Below, piece after piece: positions 1-10,080 of a stretch of DNA of 46,833 nt. A program made the translations under genes and the position numbers. The stretch is taken from assembly GCA_046761065.1 (NCBI GenBank), contig JBHIFL010000031.1, positions 1-46,833 on the forward strand, given 5' to 3'. The stretch's first letter is position 1. Every line of letters begins with the position of its first letter. Under the pieces are notes generated by a model that had not been told where the DNA came from, ran no database searches, and was given only the letters and a program-made list of their open reading frames with translations. The stretch is from Candidatus Heimdallarchaeota archaeon. Lineage in GTDB: Archaea; Asgardarchaeota; Wukongarchaeia; Wukongarchaeales; JBHIFL01.

Positions 1-105
1 TTAACATTTGTTTCTATTCCTATTGCAGTTTTGTTTTGCAGCGCAGAATGTGGTTGTATGAACGAAGGTTTGGTTAAATTCGTTCATATAAATGATATCC
101 CCTTT

Positions 106-2526
106 TTACTTTTTTTCCGGTTTAAATCCCATTTCTGTAAAGAGTCGTTTGACATCTTCAGCAGGAAAATCATTGCTATCAACCGTCACTGTTACTACAC
201 GGGTTTCCAACTCAGCTTCAACTTCCACAGCCCCGAATTTCTTTTTTAATGCGGTTCGAAGAGTGTTTACACATCCTTCACAGTGTAGATTAGGTACATT
301 GAGGGTTATACGTTTGCGTCCTTCTTTGGAGGATGCCTTCGTTGTGGGGAGAAGTCGACCGCCAAAGGAATTCAACAACACCGTACTCACACTAGCTATC
401 ATAGCAACCATCGCCCAAACGGGGTGCACCAATCCGGTAGTAGCTGCAGGCACTCCGATGCCGTTGAAGCTGAAAGCTAGCAGGAGGTTCTGCATTGTCT
501 TCTTGTACGAGTTGCGAGCGATATGATACGTGTCCATAATCGCGCTTACCCGTCCCCCGACCAGAATGACATCTGCTGACTCCATGGCGATATCTGTTCC
601 TGCACCGATAGCGATGCCCACGTCAGCTTGCATAAGAGCAGGGGCATCATTGATCCCATCCCCCACCATGGCCACCCGTTTGCCTTGCTCTTGCAATTCT
701 TTAATCTTCTGGGCTTTGTCTTCGGGCAACACCTCCGCTATAACCTCATCAATATCAACTTGCTGTGCCACCGCCTGCGCTGTGCGAGAGTTATCCCCGG
801 TGATCATTATCGGCTCCAATCCGACCTCTTTGATTTGGCGAATCGCCTCCATCGCATCTTTTTTCAAAGTGTCTGCGATTGCGAGGAGGCCGAGGAGCTC
901 TCCATCAACAGCTACCGCCACGACAGTTTTACCTTGGGCCTCTAGGGTTTGGGCCGGTTCGTAACCTTTACTTACTTTCACTCCGACTTCTTTAAGAAAT
1001 CGTAAACTCCCCACGTGAACCGTTCGATCGTTCACTATTGCTAATGTACCTTTTCCCGGTACAGCTTTAAACTGACTCACCTCGGTTAAAGTAATATCCA
1101 ATGTCTGAGCATAAGAAACAATTGCTCGGGCCATAGGGTGTTCCGAGGGATGTTCGGTAGATGCGGCAAACCTCAGAACTTCTTTCGTGGTGGTCTTACC
1201 AAATGATACCACTCTCACGACCTCTGGGGTCCCTTTAGTAATAGTGCCAGTTTTATCTAACACGACGACCTTGACATCCTTTAACGCATGAAACGCCTCA
1301 CCGGAGCGGATGAGGATCCCCTTTTCCGCCGCCAACCCCCCGCCGCGGATCAGCGCTAATGGAGTCGCCATTCCCAAGGCACAAGGGTAGCCTATAACCA
1401 GCACGGCTAATGCCGCAAAAATGCCACGAATCACATGCAGCTCTCCGGTGAGCAGCCACGCCCCTACGGTCCAGCTCAGGACGCCGAGGGTCGCAAACCC
1501 AAGCACGCCGGGGACATAATACTTGAGCACCTGATCCACTAACCGAATGATTCCGGGCTTTAGGGCACGTGCCTCTTCGATGTGGTGCGCGACTTGCTGG
1601 AGAAAACTCCCTTCACCCACCTGCGTGACTTGCACGATCAACGTTCCGGCTTGATTAAGCGAGCCGCCAATCACCTCATCATCCAACAGCTTTTCCACGG
1701 GGAGGGATTCGCCGGTTACAAGACTTTCGTCCACACTGGAGGCGCCCTCTACCACCTCGCCGTCCACCGGGATCTGCTCCCCCGGGCGAACCCTCACCTG
1801 GTCGCCCACCTGGACGTCTTCAATCGGGATCTCTTCTTCCGTACCATCACGGATCACCCGTGCTCTGAGAGGCTGAAGCTCGAGCAGCTTCCGCACAGCT
1901 TGAGACGCGTGGGTGCGAATCCTCAATGAGGTGTACCCCGAGAGGATATGATAAGTCGTGATGAAAACTGCAACCGCGAAAAAGTCGGTGCTAGGGAAAT
2001 CCGGCACGAAGAATCCTGCAAACCCACCACCGAGTCCGGCGAATGCTCCGAATTCCAGCAGCACATGTTGGTTGAGGATACCCCGGCGGAGTGACTGCAC
2101 CGCCATTTTCAAGATGTGCCAGCCAGGGCCGAAGACCGTTGCCAGTGCCAGCCCCATCATCAGCCACTTGAACCATGGCTGCCGGTAGCCCAGCCACATG
2201 CCGACCATCAACAGGGTGGCCGCACCCGTAAATCCCGCTGCAATAAGCAACGTCCGCTTCGCCTGTTGCAATTCCGCCTTTTCCTCTTCAAACGTTCGGA
2301 CTTTCTTCGGGTCGCGGATGGTGTACCCCAACTGGCGCAGAATGTCCTTCAGTTCTGTTTCCGTAATCCTTCCCGAGTCATACTGAATCAATACTTCTTC
2401 ATGAGCGAGACTGACTTTAACATCACTAACCGCGACTATCCGACTGTAGGCCTTTCGGATGGTATCCACGCAGAAGGAACAAGAAAGACCCCCGACTTTG
2501 ACCTGTAATTTCTTCTGGTTCTCCAT
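106..2526 (-). CDS. Heavy-metal P1B-type ATPase with N- and C-terminal HMA domains and atypical YPC metal-site motif
   Basis: CSFC and CEGC HMA motifs, [28 protein letters not shown]6 reads GYPCAL instead of CPC. Confidence 0.93.
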   Translation of the reverse strand: MENQKKLQVKVGGLSCSFCVDTIRKAYSRIVAVSDVKVSLAHEEVLIQYDSGRITETELKDILRQLGYTIRDPKKVRTFEEEKAELQQAKRTLLIAAGFTGAATLLMVGMWLGYRQPWFKWLMMGLALATVFGPGWHILKMAVQSLRRGILNQHVLLEFGAFAGLGGGFAGFFVPDFPSTDFFAVAVFITTYHILSGYTSLRIRTHASQAVRKLLELQPLRARVIRDGTEEEIPIEDVQVGDQVRVRPGEQIPVDGEVVEGASSVDESLVTGESLPVEKLLDDEVIGGSLNQAGTLIVQVTQVGEGSFLQQVAHHIEEARALKPGIIRLVDQVLKYYVPGVLGFATLGVLSWTVGAWLLTGELHVIRGIFAALAVLVIGYPCALGMATPLALIRGGGLAAEKGILIRSGEAFHALKDVKVVVLDKTGTITKGTPEVVRVVSFGKTTTKEVLRFAASTEHPSEHPMARAIVSYAQTLDITLTEVSQFKAVPGKGTLAIVNDRTVHVGSLRFLKEVGVKVSKGYEPAQTLEAQGKTVVAVAVDGELLGLLAIADTLKKDAMEAIRQIKEVGLEPIMITGDNSRTAQAVAQQVDIDEVIAEVLPEDKAQKIKELQEQGKRVAMVGDGINDAPALMQADVGIAIGAGTDIAMESADVILVGGRVSAIMDTYHIARNSYKKTMQNLLLAFSFNGIGVPAATTGLVHPVWAMVAMIASVSTVLLNSFGGRLLPTTKASSKEGRKRITLNVPNLHCEGCVNTLRTALKKKFGAVEVEAELETRVVTVTVDSNDFPAEDVKRLFTEMGFKPEKK

Positions 2527-2866
2527 TTTTCATCCCTTCTTGTGGCCAATTTCATTTGCTCACCCTCGCAAGGGGCTTTCGAACAGCTGCGCAGGATCTC
2601 GAGCCGCCGTTCTTGGTGTGGAAGCAAGGAAGTAGTGATGTAGGATGGGCTGTTGAAGTGCAAAGAGTATGGAATAGAGGCCAACCGCGTTGTGATTGGG
2701 GCTTTGAACATGGGGATCGTTCACACCAGAGGGCCCGTTGACAGGGTGACGGCACATCTCTTGGAGGTTTTGGTGTGAGCTTCCGAGAATCCCCCGAATT
2801 TCTTCGTGGGACGTGTCCACGCTTGACAATTAATGCTACGTTCCGTATATCTACCCGATTCTTCAT

Positions 2867-2889
2867 TTAATGTCTATATCAGATACATT
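2867..2889 (-). promoter_or_regulatory. Putative operator (recurrent 15-bp-period motif) upstream of the YPC ATPase unit
   Basis: TTAATGTC-tatatca-GATACATT. Confidence 0.55.
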
Positions 2890-2916
2890 ATAACAATTAA
2901 TGTTTATTAACCTTTG

Positions 2917-2954
2917 GTTCTATCGTATAAAGATATATCAAATAAAGACATAAT
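2917..2954 (+). promoter_or_regulatory. Putative operator, 3 units, upstream of Rieske pseudogene
   Basis: GTTCTATC-gtataaa-GATATATC-aaataaa-GACATAAT, just after TATA-like TTTATTAA. Confidence 0.65.
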
Positions 2955-2982
2955 GCAAAACAAGTTGTTGAGGAGAATGTAG

Positions 2983-3559
2983 ATGACAAAGATCCAGTCA
3001 AGAGAGAATGCGCAACTTCCAACATTCGATTCCATTGCAGAAAAAAGTTCTTCAATTACAAGGAGAATGCTTCTTAAAGCAACCGTTAGAGTATTGGCCC
3101 TCACTCCTTTTGGATTCTTCTTACTGGCAGAGCATCGCACACCTCAGGAATACAGGATAGGTCGGTACATGATTTCCACCCTTCCAGAGAAAAATCAAGC
3201 CACGTTTCTCATTATCGCGCCACCAAAGCCTACATTGGCGAACCCGCCCAATTCATAAATCTGGGGGATCCCGCGCTCAACCTTGAAGGGTATATTGCAT
3301 TCATTGTCCGCTGCACCCATTATGCTTGCGTTGCCTACTACAAGACCCGGGACGAGATTGAACGACTTCGTACAGGCACCGGCTTCAACTTGCCCGGCTG
3401 GACAAAGGATCTTCATGTGCAATCTATTGCGCTTGTCAGGTGGGTGGGTTCTCTCCTCTCGATGGGAGGTTCATCGGTGGTCTGCCACCCAAACCGAGTC
3501 CTGAAATCGAGATTGAATGGGAAAGTGGTAATATCTACGCTACTGAAATAAAGGCTTGA
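2983..3559 (+). pseudogene. Tat-exported Rieske [2Fe-2S] protein, frameshifted
   Basis: N-terminal TRRMLLK twin-arginine signal. Shifted frames give FIVRCTHYAC (box I) and AIYCACQVGGFSPLDGRFIGGLPPKPSPEIEIEWESGNIYA (box II, His lost). At least two frameshifts. Confidence 0.8.
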
Positions 3560-3636
3560 GAGAGAGGACCGATGTAAACAAAAGTGCAATACTAACCTTT
3601 GGCTACATTTTATTTGCTTTTCTGAGGTTTGTTAAA

Positions 3637-3659
3637 AATATGTCTCACAAGGATATATA
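3637..3659 (+). promoter_or_regulatory. Putative operator upstream of ICMT-family pseudogene
   Basis: AATATGTC-tcacaag-GATATATA. Confidence 0.65.
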
Positions 3660-3815
3660 TCTTAAAAATGGTGGGATAAGATGAGAATGACAATCCTCCA
3701 TGTGGTTTAAGTTTACTACAACACGCTAAGCGTCAATAGCTATGGCAGGTCTGATATCATAACTGGCATGGAGCCTCCATTCAAATCCGAGAGATAATGA
3801 AGAACCAGAGGTCGG

Positions 3816-4418
3816 ATGATGTTGAAAACCTATGGCAGATGGGATCTACTGGTCGTCTGGGCTGTTTTACTCGGTCTATTCATAGTCTTTATCCCATTCA
3901 ATAGAAAGAGTCAGAAATGCCCAGCGAGCGTCTATATAGCCTTCGTCACAGCATTGGCCTTCAAAATGTTCGGTATTCCACTCAGCTTGTATATAATGAC
4001 TTGGGTTGTCGGTTTAACGTTACCAGAAGGGATACTTTGGGACCATACTCTACAACAATACGTGAGATATTGGGGAATGTATAAGATCCGCGATGAACCC
4101 AGTTGGAGTTCTCTTCGTAATCCTCGGATGGAAATAGATCCACAAACACTATTGGAGCAAAGAAGAGGGGAAAGGAAGGCTGGTTACGGGCGGATATCTA
4201 CACATACGTCCGCCATCTGCAATACATTGGCTTCCTTTTGCTCACATTGGGGATGCTCATTCACTGGGCAACTATCCCCTTGTTAATTAGTGTGGCCCAT
4301 CCTAGCGCTCCTATATTACCAGTTGGCTAAGAGAGAGGAGAAGGAGATGGAGAATGAGTTTGAAAACGATTACATCAAGTACAAGAGAACCCCTATATTC
4401 ATACCATTTTGGATGTAA
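3816..4418 (+). pseudogene. Isoprenylcysteine carboxyl methyltransferase (ICMT/PEMT)-family membrane protein, disrupted
   Basis: AFVTALAFKMFGIPL matches the intact paralog at 28135 (AFIIALFTEMFGIPL). YVRHLQY and LAKREEKEM lie in other frames, with an internal stop. Confidence 0.8.
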
Positions 4419-4423
4419 AGAGA

Positions 4424-4582
4424 ATGGTTGTGATAAATTGGGTAAACTTGGACAAATTCAATGAAACCGTTGAAAGATGAGAAGAGACCTAAGCAAGGCG
4501 AAGAAGATCACAAGGATCGAGGGTGAATGGCTTCTTGATGCCACAGAAGACCCTCAATTTCGAGCTGAAATCCAGACAGAAA
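4424..4582 (+). pseudogene. OsmC-like protein N-terminal fragment
   Basis: MVVINWVNLDKFNETVE then (frameshift) KKITRIEGEWLLDATEDPQFRAEIQTE, homologous to 8217..8759. Confidence 0.75.
4501..4582. repeat. 82-bp perfect inverted duplicate of 8600..8681
   Basis: aagaagatcacaaggatc...tccagacagaaa is the exact reverse complement of 8600..8681. Confidence 0.95.
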
Positions 4583-4624
4583 CGGGAAACGGGAAAGCGA
4601 ATCGCTTCGTGATCGGGTTGTTCT

Positions 4625-5311
4625 TCAATCTTGGATCTTCTTGGCCTTTATGCAGACGAACCCGTGAGTTATGACGTTGTTATAGGATTCCTCACCTTTC
4701 GTCTCCAATCCAGACTCAGAAAGGGTTGTTGCATTCTCCGTGATCTGAAAATTTGCTTCATAAAGCAGTTTCTCAACTTCTTCCTTGGCGTACAGGTTAG
4801 CGTATTTATAGAATTTATGGCCTTCGGCTTTCTTCCTCAAGTAAAGAGACCCCAAATAGCTGTCTCGAGGTATGAAGCAGATGATGGCGCTTCCTCCATA
4901 CCTAAGAACTCTCCAGGCCTCCCTAAACGCGGAATCAATGTCTTCAAGGAAGCAAATGGTCAGAATCGACAACACATAGTCAAAAGATTTATCCCTAATG
5001 GGTAAAAACTCAGCTGTTCCTTGAATTACGTCAACTCCTCGCTTTTTGGCTATCCTTAGCATGTTTTGTGCAGGGTCTACCCCAATTTGGACGTTTAACC
5101 TAGACGCAAAAATTCCGGTCCCAACTCCTACTTCAAGACCTGAGCCACCAGAAATCAATGCCTTTACTGCTTTCACTTCTGCTTCATATAAAGAGGCCCC
5201 AGGTTTTTCATGATACCATCTATCATATTCTTCAGTGTGTTCATTGAAAACCGCTATCGCTTCTTTTCTGGGCCAAGTCTTCTTATTCAAGGTTCTTAAG
5301 CAAGCCCCCAT
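4625..5311 (-). CDS. Class I SAM-dependent methyltransferase
   Basis: LEVGVGTG motif I, AEFLP, EAWRVLRYGG. Start uncertain. Confidence 0.88.
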   Translation of the reverse strand: MGACLRTLNKKTWPRKEAIAVFNEHTEEYDRWYHEKPGASLYEAEVKAVKALISGGSGLEVGVGTGIFASRLNVQIGVDPAQNMLRIAKKRGVDVIQGTAEFLPIRDKSFDYVLSILTICFLEDIDSAFREAWRVLRYGGSAIICFIPRDSYLGSLYLRKKAEGHKFYKYANLYAKEEVEKLLYEANFQITENATTLSESGLETKGEESYNNVITHGFVCIKAKKIQD

Positions 5312-5368
5312 TTAGGCGAGTGTGATCCAAGGCTTCGTCCACAATGGCAATCTTCAACGAATGACCAT

Positions 5369-6523
5369 CTAGGTTATTGCGTTTGATTGAACAGTCCGAA
5401 CGATGAGCTGGGATGCCTCATCTATTTCTTCTTTTGTCGACCAACGCCCTAGACTTAGGCGTAGCGCCCCCAAAGCCTGTTCTCTTGTAAGGCCCATTGC
5501 AAGGAGTACCTTGGAGGGTTCCGTTGATCCGGCGTGACAGGCAGAGCCTGTGGACGCCGCGATTTCAGGGATCTGTCCCAATAGTTCCTCTCCTACAATG
5601 CCTTTGATGCTTATGTTAAGCGTATTAGGCAGTCTCTGTTTAGGATGCCCATTAAGCGTCACCATCTCTTCGCCCAACCCCTCAAGAATATTCTTGTAAA
5701 ACTTGTCCCTCAGGGTCGTGACGCGTCGACCGAACTCGTGGACGGTGCCAGAAGCCAGTTCACAAGCACGACCAAGCCCAACAATGTATGGCACGTTCTC
5801 TGTACCGGCTCGTCTACCCAGCTCCTGTCCCGCTCCATGGATGAGCTTAGAAAGATTGGTCCCGTCTCTGATATATAGGGCACCAATCCCCTTTGGGGCA
5901 TATATCTTATGCCCGGCTATAGTGCACAAGTTCACGTTCAGGTTGTTGGCATGGACTTCAATCTTGCCACACGACTGAGCCACGTCGCTGTGGAAGAGAA
6001 CGCTCTTTTCTTCGGCGATCCGACCTATTTTCTCAATAGGCTCGATGGTTCCTACCTCGTTGTTGGCATGCATTATCGTAATGAGAATTGTCTTGTCCGT
6101 TATCGCTTGCTCCACATCTGAAGGGTTCACCATTCCATACTCGTCTGCAGATAAGTAAGTGGTCTTGAATCCAAACTGTTCTTCGAGATATCGCACTGTT
6201 TCAAGGACGGCGGGGTGCTCAATTCGCGAAGTAATTATGTGTTTTCCCTTTTTCCTGTTGGCGAGCGCCGTTCCGATAATGGCGGAGTTGTTGCTTTCGC
6301 TCCCTCCACTTGTGAAGACGATTTCATTGGATTCTGCGCCGATTAATTGGGCGACCTGTTCTCTTGCCTTATTCACCGCTTCTTTGGCTAATTTTCCGTA
6401 TATGTGGTTGCTTGAGGGGTTTCCAAAATGTTCCTTAAAGTAAGGGAGCATCGTTTCAAGAACTTCTGGGGTGATGGGGGTTGTAGCATTGTAGTCCAAG
6501 TAGATGGGTTTTGTGGGTTTCAT
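5369..6523 (-). CDS. Cysteine desulfurase, NifS/IscS class (aminotransferase class V)
   Basis: YLDYNATTP, FTSGGSES, HANNEVG, AGHKIYAPKG (PLP Lys), STGSACH (catalytic Cys). Confidence 0.95.
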   Translation of the reverse strand: MKPTKPIYLDYNATTPITPEVLETMLPYFKEHFGNPSSNHIYGKLAKEAVNKAREQVAQLIGAESNEIVFTSGGSESNNSAIIGTALANRKKGKHIITSRIEHPAVLETVRYLEEQFGFKTTYLSADEYGMVNPSDVEQAITDKTILITIMHANNEVGTIEPIEKIGRIAEEKSVLFHSDVAQSCGKIEVHANNLNVNLCTIAGHKIYAPKGIGALYIRDGTNLSKLIHGAGQELGRRAGTENVPYIVGLGRACELASGTVHEFGRRVTTLRDKFYKNILEGLGEEMVTLNGHPKQRLPNTLNISIKGIVGEELLGQIPEIAASTGSACHAGSTEPSKVLLAMGLTREQALGALRLSLGRWSTKEEIDEASQLIVRTVQSNAIT

Positions 6524-6925
6524 CTATCCAGACGCCTCATTCGCAAGTAAGATTATCACACATTGATGGAAGATTCCGTAGGATTCCAGCTTTTTAAGCA
6601 ATTCTCTACGCTTGCCTTCACTCTCTAGGATTTCATTCACTATTTGGGACTGCATGTGCCCCTCCTTCAGCTTCACCTTTACAGGTTTGTGCAGCTTCTT
6701 TTCAAGGGCGTACTTGATCATAACACCGATGGCACTACTAAAAGGGCAGAGGGGAGCCGTAAGGTTGTATTCAATTTCCAAGCCTTTGTCGTCTATTATA
6801 ATGTCTTCTTCGTTAACGAGCCCCAGTTCTACAATGGATTTGTCCCGGTAGTCCGGATCGTACACTCTCTTCAAGATTTCAAGCACGTCTTCCTTTCTCA
6901 TGTCTTTCATCCCCTTAGGTATCAT
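6524..6925 (-). CDS. DUF59/SufT (MIP18)-like Fe-S assembly protein
   Basis: LKRVYDP...SIVELGLV...LTAPLCP signature, adjacent to the desulfurase. Confidence 0.8.
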   Translation of the reverse strand: MIPKGMKDMRKEDVLEILKRVYDPDYRDKSIVELGLVNEEDIIIDDKGLEIEYNLTAPLCPFSSAIGVMIKYALEKKLHKPVKVKLKEGHMQSQIVNEILESEGKRRELLKKLESYGIFHQCVIILLANEASG

Positions 6926-7437
6926 GCTTCTGCCTCAAAAAGAGCAATATCAGGCTCTAGTTCCTCTGTGGTCAAGAATCTGTATCCCGCCTCCTTCAGC
7001 ATCCGCTGGATGCCTCTGAGGGTGAACTTATGGCACTCTCCCGGTTCATTAACCCCATCCAGTATGCAGTCAATAATCAAGATCCGACCTTTAGGAGCTA
7101 TTATCTTTCGTATTTCCCGTAGCGCAATCGTGGGTTCCTTCAGGTGGTGGAGGGTGTAGGACATGGTTACCACCTCAAATCGCTCGCTTCCAACGCATTC
7201 TCCAATTTGGTGGGCATCACATCTCATGCATGCAATCAGGTGAGGAATACCGGCTATGGTGGCCTTCTTTTTCGCCGTCTTAAAACCGGCCTCTGAGATA
7301 TCCACTCCGACGACATTCTTTTTTGTACTCATCGCTAAGAAGGTGACGAGCTTCCCTTCACCACAGCCTATATCCAAAACCTTGCTTACATGGCCGAGTT
7401 TTTGAAGTACGATTCGGTAGAACTCTGAATCCTTCAC
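6922..7437 (-). CDS. Class I SAM-dependent methyltransferase
   Basis: VLDIGCGEG, GVDIS, TLHHL, PKGRILI. Confidence 0.85.
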   Translation of the reverse strand: MKDSEFYRIVLQKLGHVSKVLDIGCGEGKLVTFLAMSTKKNVVGVDISEAGFKTAKKKATIAGIPHLIACMRCDAHQIGECVGSERFEVVTMSYTLHHLKEPTIALREIRKIIAPKGRILIIDCILDGVNEPGECHKFTLRGIQRMLKEAGYRFLTTEELEPDIALFEAEA

Positions 7438-7479
7438 CCCAGCTTTACACCTCCCTTTTCCGCTAAGATCATCGCCATA

Positions 7480-8220
7480 ACCGATATACCAATACTTCTC
7501 AAAGAGGATCTTGTACCCGTACCATATCTTGCGGACCCATTTGGGGCAGAATTCGAAGGGGCACTGTCATGTGGCTAGCTGCGGTTCCCCGCAAAATTTA
7601 CATATTATCGAATTCACTGGGATCCTTTTATCGCAATTAAAGCAGAAGATGTAATCCCTTCCTATGCTATCGGGAGTTCGAGCAGTTGGTTCTTCAAATA
7701 TGTCCCTTTTGTCGGTTCGATCACCCGTTTGTACAACGGGATATTCGGAACGGACAAGCAACCAGATGATGAAACCAATGACCATTGTAAAAAACACGAG
7801 CACTAGCCAGAGAGCTCCGTTCTGGCCTCGGGCTTCCACATCATGGTAAACCCAGACCGCAAGAAACGTCCCGAAAATGAACCAAGGGATCATCATGAGC
7901 ATGCCAAAGCCCACCCAACCGAATCCAAACATTCCACCCATTCCATGATTCAAATTTACCACCTGATGTTCACTATAGGCCCCCGTTCGGTATAGAAGTT
8001 GTCTCTGACCATGGTGGTCTTACCGAATCCGGTATCAATATCCATGCTTCCTTCTCCTTCCTCATAGTTCCGATTTCAGGAGGAGCGACACCCATAGGTC
8101 AGCCCTCGTATCGGGTCTTTCTGTCAACGAGTATCATCTCATATGTCTTCCCTGACTCTTGCTTAGCAGGTCGGAAGCCACATGACCCCCTATTCCACCG
8201 CCGAATATCAGAACCCTCAT
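7480..8220 (-). pseudogene. Sulfide:quinone oxidoreductase-like flavoprotein remnant, internally deleted and interrupted
   Basis: MRVLIFGGGIGG starts by ATGA overlap with the osmC-like stop. C-terminal pieces DIDTGFGKTTMVRDNFYTERGPIVNI (~7965-8050) and KIWYGYKILFEKYW (~7490-7530) flank the 7567..7962 ORF. Confidence 0.6.
7567..7962 (-). CDS. Membrane protein with C-terminal zinc ribbon
   Basis: Two TM helices (WVYHDVEARG..LW pattern) plus CFNC...CKFCG. Confidence 0.7.
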   Translation of the reverse strand: MVNLNHGMGGMFGFGWVGFGMLMMIPWFIFGTFLAVWVYHDVEARGQNGALWLVLVFFTMVIGFIIWLLVRSEYPVVQTGDRTDKRDIFEEPTARTPDSIGRDYIFCFNCDKRIPVNSIICKFCGEPQLAT

Positions 8221-8759
8221 CCATCCTGCCCCTCTCTTGTTACCTCTACGACCATCTTCACGGGGGTTGATAGGCAAAACACAGCGGGACACCTCGCCTC
8301 AGTGAGCTTCCGTAATTCTTGAATCTTTTCGTCACCAGCGTCTGTGTCTATCACTATCTGGAGTTTCACTTCCTCCACGATAGGATTTTCTGAGATACCC
8401 ATGGTTTTTGAGAAGTCCATATGGCTCTCGACCGTCACACTCATTTTCCTTAGAAGTACTCCCTCAGTGGCTGCGCTGGTGGCAAAGGTCGCGGCGGTGC
8501 ACGATGCTACGCCATAGAGACAGTAGTGCATAGGTCCGGGTCTTGTTCCCTCACCACCGAGAGAGGTGGGTTGATCCGCTTCGAGGGAGAACGTCCCCTT
8601 TTCTGTCTGGATTTCAGCTCGAAATTGAGGGTCTTCTGTGGCATCAAGAAGCCATTCACCCTCGATCCTTGTGATCTTCTTTGCTTCATTCGGATCTCCC
8701 ATCATCTTTTGACCCGTGTCTTCTAATCTATCTAAATTTACCCGATTCACAACATTCAT
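8217..8759 (-). CDS. OsmC-family protein
   Basis: ADQPTSLGGEGTRPGP, ASC...RCP conserved Cys pair. Confidence 0.9.
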   Translation of the reverse strand: MNVVNRVNLDRLEDTGQKMMGDPNEAKKITRIEGEWLLDATEDPQFRAEIQTEKGTFSLEADQPTSLGGEGTRPGPMHYCLYGVASCTAATFATSAATEGVLLRKMSVTVESHMDFSKTMGISENPIVEEVKLQIVIDTDAGDEKIQELRKLTEARCPAVFCLSTPVKMVVEVTREGQDG

Positions 8760-8766
8760 TCTTTTT

Positions 8767-9858
8767 TCACTTCCATTCTAATGGTTGCCAAGTTAAACCC
8801 AAGATACTCCCAATGAACATTAAGAGCGAGCCGAGCAGAAATCCCCACATGGTTGGAAAAGCAAGAACTGCAGCTATGAGAACCAAAGTGGCACCTGTCC
8901 GAATCCTATAGGGGTCAGAGCTGTTCATCCATAGAGCCCCAAAAGTTCCTAGCGTTGTCATCACCACCGCAAGAACAGCCCATGGTATGATCCAGCTAGA
9001 GCTCCAGATGAAGGCACCAGACATCCAAGCCCACATCATCCATGGTCCGGGAAGGGGAGTGAAGAACAGCATAGAAGTCATGAAAATTCCTGCTATCACC
9101 TGAAAGGCCACACCTGCAAGAGATAGCGTAAAAGCAGCTACTGGTCTCTCATCGGTGGTAGTCGTCATCGAACTTGGTTCGCGTTTCTTAGAGAGTAAAA
9201 GGGATCCAACTGCAAGTATCATTGCAAGGAACAGAGCTGGTGGCAGAAACGTCCAAGCTCCTAAACCTCCTAAAACATTCGTCGCATTGCTGGGTTCCAT
9301 GTGGGTTGAATCCACTCCATTTACGATGAGTTCTCCATGCATATCTTCATGTCCGACACCGCAGTAAATGGAACAATGAAAATGGACTTCCCCATTTTTG
9401 GTTGCCACAAATTCAATGGTAACCGTTTCACCCACGGGCAACGTATAATTCAACCCATACTCTTCAATTGCAATCCCATGATTGGGGAACATGCGTGCCA
9501 TCATTGGCATCATATTGTTGATGCTGCTTATTGTTAACCTCACGGTATCGTGCTCACTCACAAGAATAGCTGAGGGCTCAAATCTCCAATAGTAAGCCGT
9601 TATGGAAACCTCTTGCACCTTCCTCGTGGGTTCTTCCCAGTCTTCAACTTCTTCGTGATCTTCGTCCTCATCACCCATCATGGAGTCCTCGTCACCCATC
9701 ATGGAGTCCTCACTACTCATCATGCCATGATTGTCTTCGGCCGTCATGGGGCTCCCCCATATAGGGGACCAGGGGCCCATTACCATTGCTCCACCAACAA
9801 TGAGCCCCGCCCCAAGTATGACGGCGAGGGCCAGTACCAATACTTCAGTATCTTTCAA
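8767..9858 (-). CDS. Membrane-anchored CuA-type cupredoxin (COX2/NosZ C-terminal-like) with Met/acidic linker and C-terminal TM bundle
   Basis: HGIAI...CSIYCGVGHEDM matches H...CxxxCxxxHxxM CuA ligands; N-terminal TM; multi-TM C-terminus. Confidence 0.85.
   Translation of the reverse strand: MKDTEVLVLALAVILGAGLIVGGAMVMGPWSPIWGSPMTAEDNHGMMSSEDSMMGDEDSMMGDEDEDHEEVEDWEEPTRKVQEVSITAYYWRFEPSAILVSEHDTVRLTISSINNMMPMMARMFPNHGIAIEEYGLNYTLPVGETVTIEFVATKNGEVHFHCSIYCGVGHEDMHGELIVNGVDSTHMEPSNATNVLGGLGAWTFLPPALFLAMILAVGSLLLSKKREPSSMTTTTDERPVAAFTLSLAGVAFQVIAGIFMTSMLFFTPLPGPWMMWAWMSGAFIWSSSWIIPWAVLAVVMTTLGTFGALWMNSSDPYRIRTGATLVLIAAVLAFPTMWGFLLGSLLMFIGSILGLTWQPLEWK
9664..9726. repeat. 3 x 21-bp intragenic tandem repeat encoding (S/G)MM(GD/SS)ED
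   Basis: gtcctcatcacccatcatgga / gtcctcgtcacccatcatgga / gtcctcactactcatcatgcc. Confidence 0.9.
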
Positions 9859-9872
9859 TTATTTTCACCTTT

Positions 9873-9895
9873 GATATATCTTATAAAGATATGTC
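9873..9895 (-). promoter_or_regulatory. Putative operator upstream of the cupredoxin-osmC-nifS operon
   Basis: GATATATC-ttataaa-GATATGTC, between minus-strand TTTTTATA box and GGTGA RBS. Confidence 0.8.
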
Positions 9896-10080
9896 TGTTA
9901 TCTATATAAAAATGTTTTGGTGTGCAACGTTTAGAACCCGTAAAGTGCTTATAAGTGTGAATACAGCTACCAAAAATGTTGTCAAGATTAATATTCTTCT
10001 CAGCTCACAGATTTTTCTACCCATATGCGAATAACTCCTTTTCCACCTTATAACGATAGTACCACACGGCTTTCTTTAAC

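Noticed and set aside
1-87. 28-aa Cys-containing minus-strand ORF after the YPC ATPase with a possible RBS
   Set aside because: Too short, no recognisable motif, and at the window edge.
92-2508. Numerous antisense ORFs in the ORF track overlapping long genes (here and throughout)
   Set aside because: Shadow frames of well-supported genes with no motifs of their own.
2552-2866. ORFs between the operator and the YPC ATPase
   Set aside because: Three overlapping frames, none resembling a known family; probably a decayed gene, not callable.
3260-3560. Duplicated ~290-bp segment (also 25770-26070) first looked like a structured ncRNA on the minus strand
   Set aside because: Plus-strand translation across frameshifts gives Rieske box I/II motifs, so it is a decayed protein gene.
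9664-9726. Possible CRISPR or other repeat array
   Set aside because: In-frame coding tandem repeat without spacers; no CRISPR array or cas gene seen in the window.
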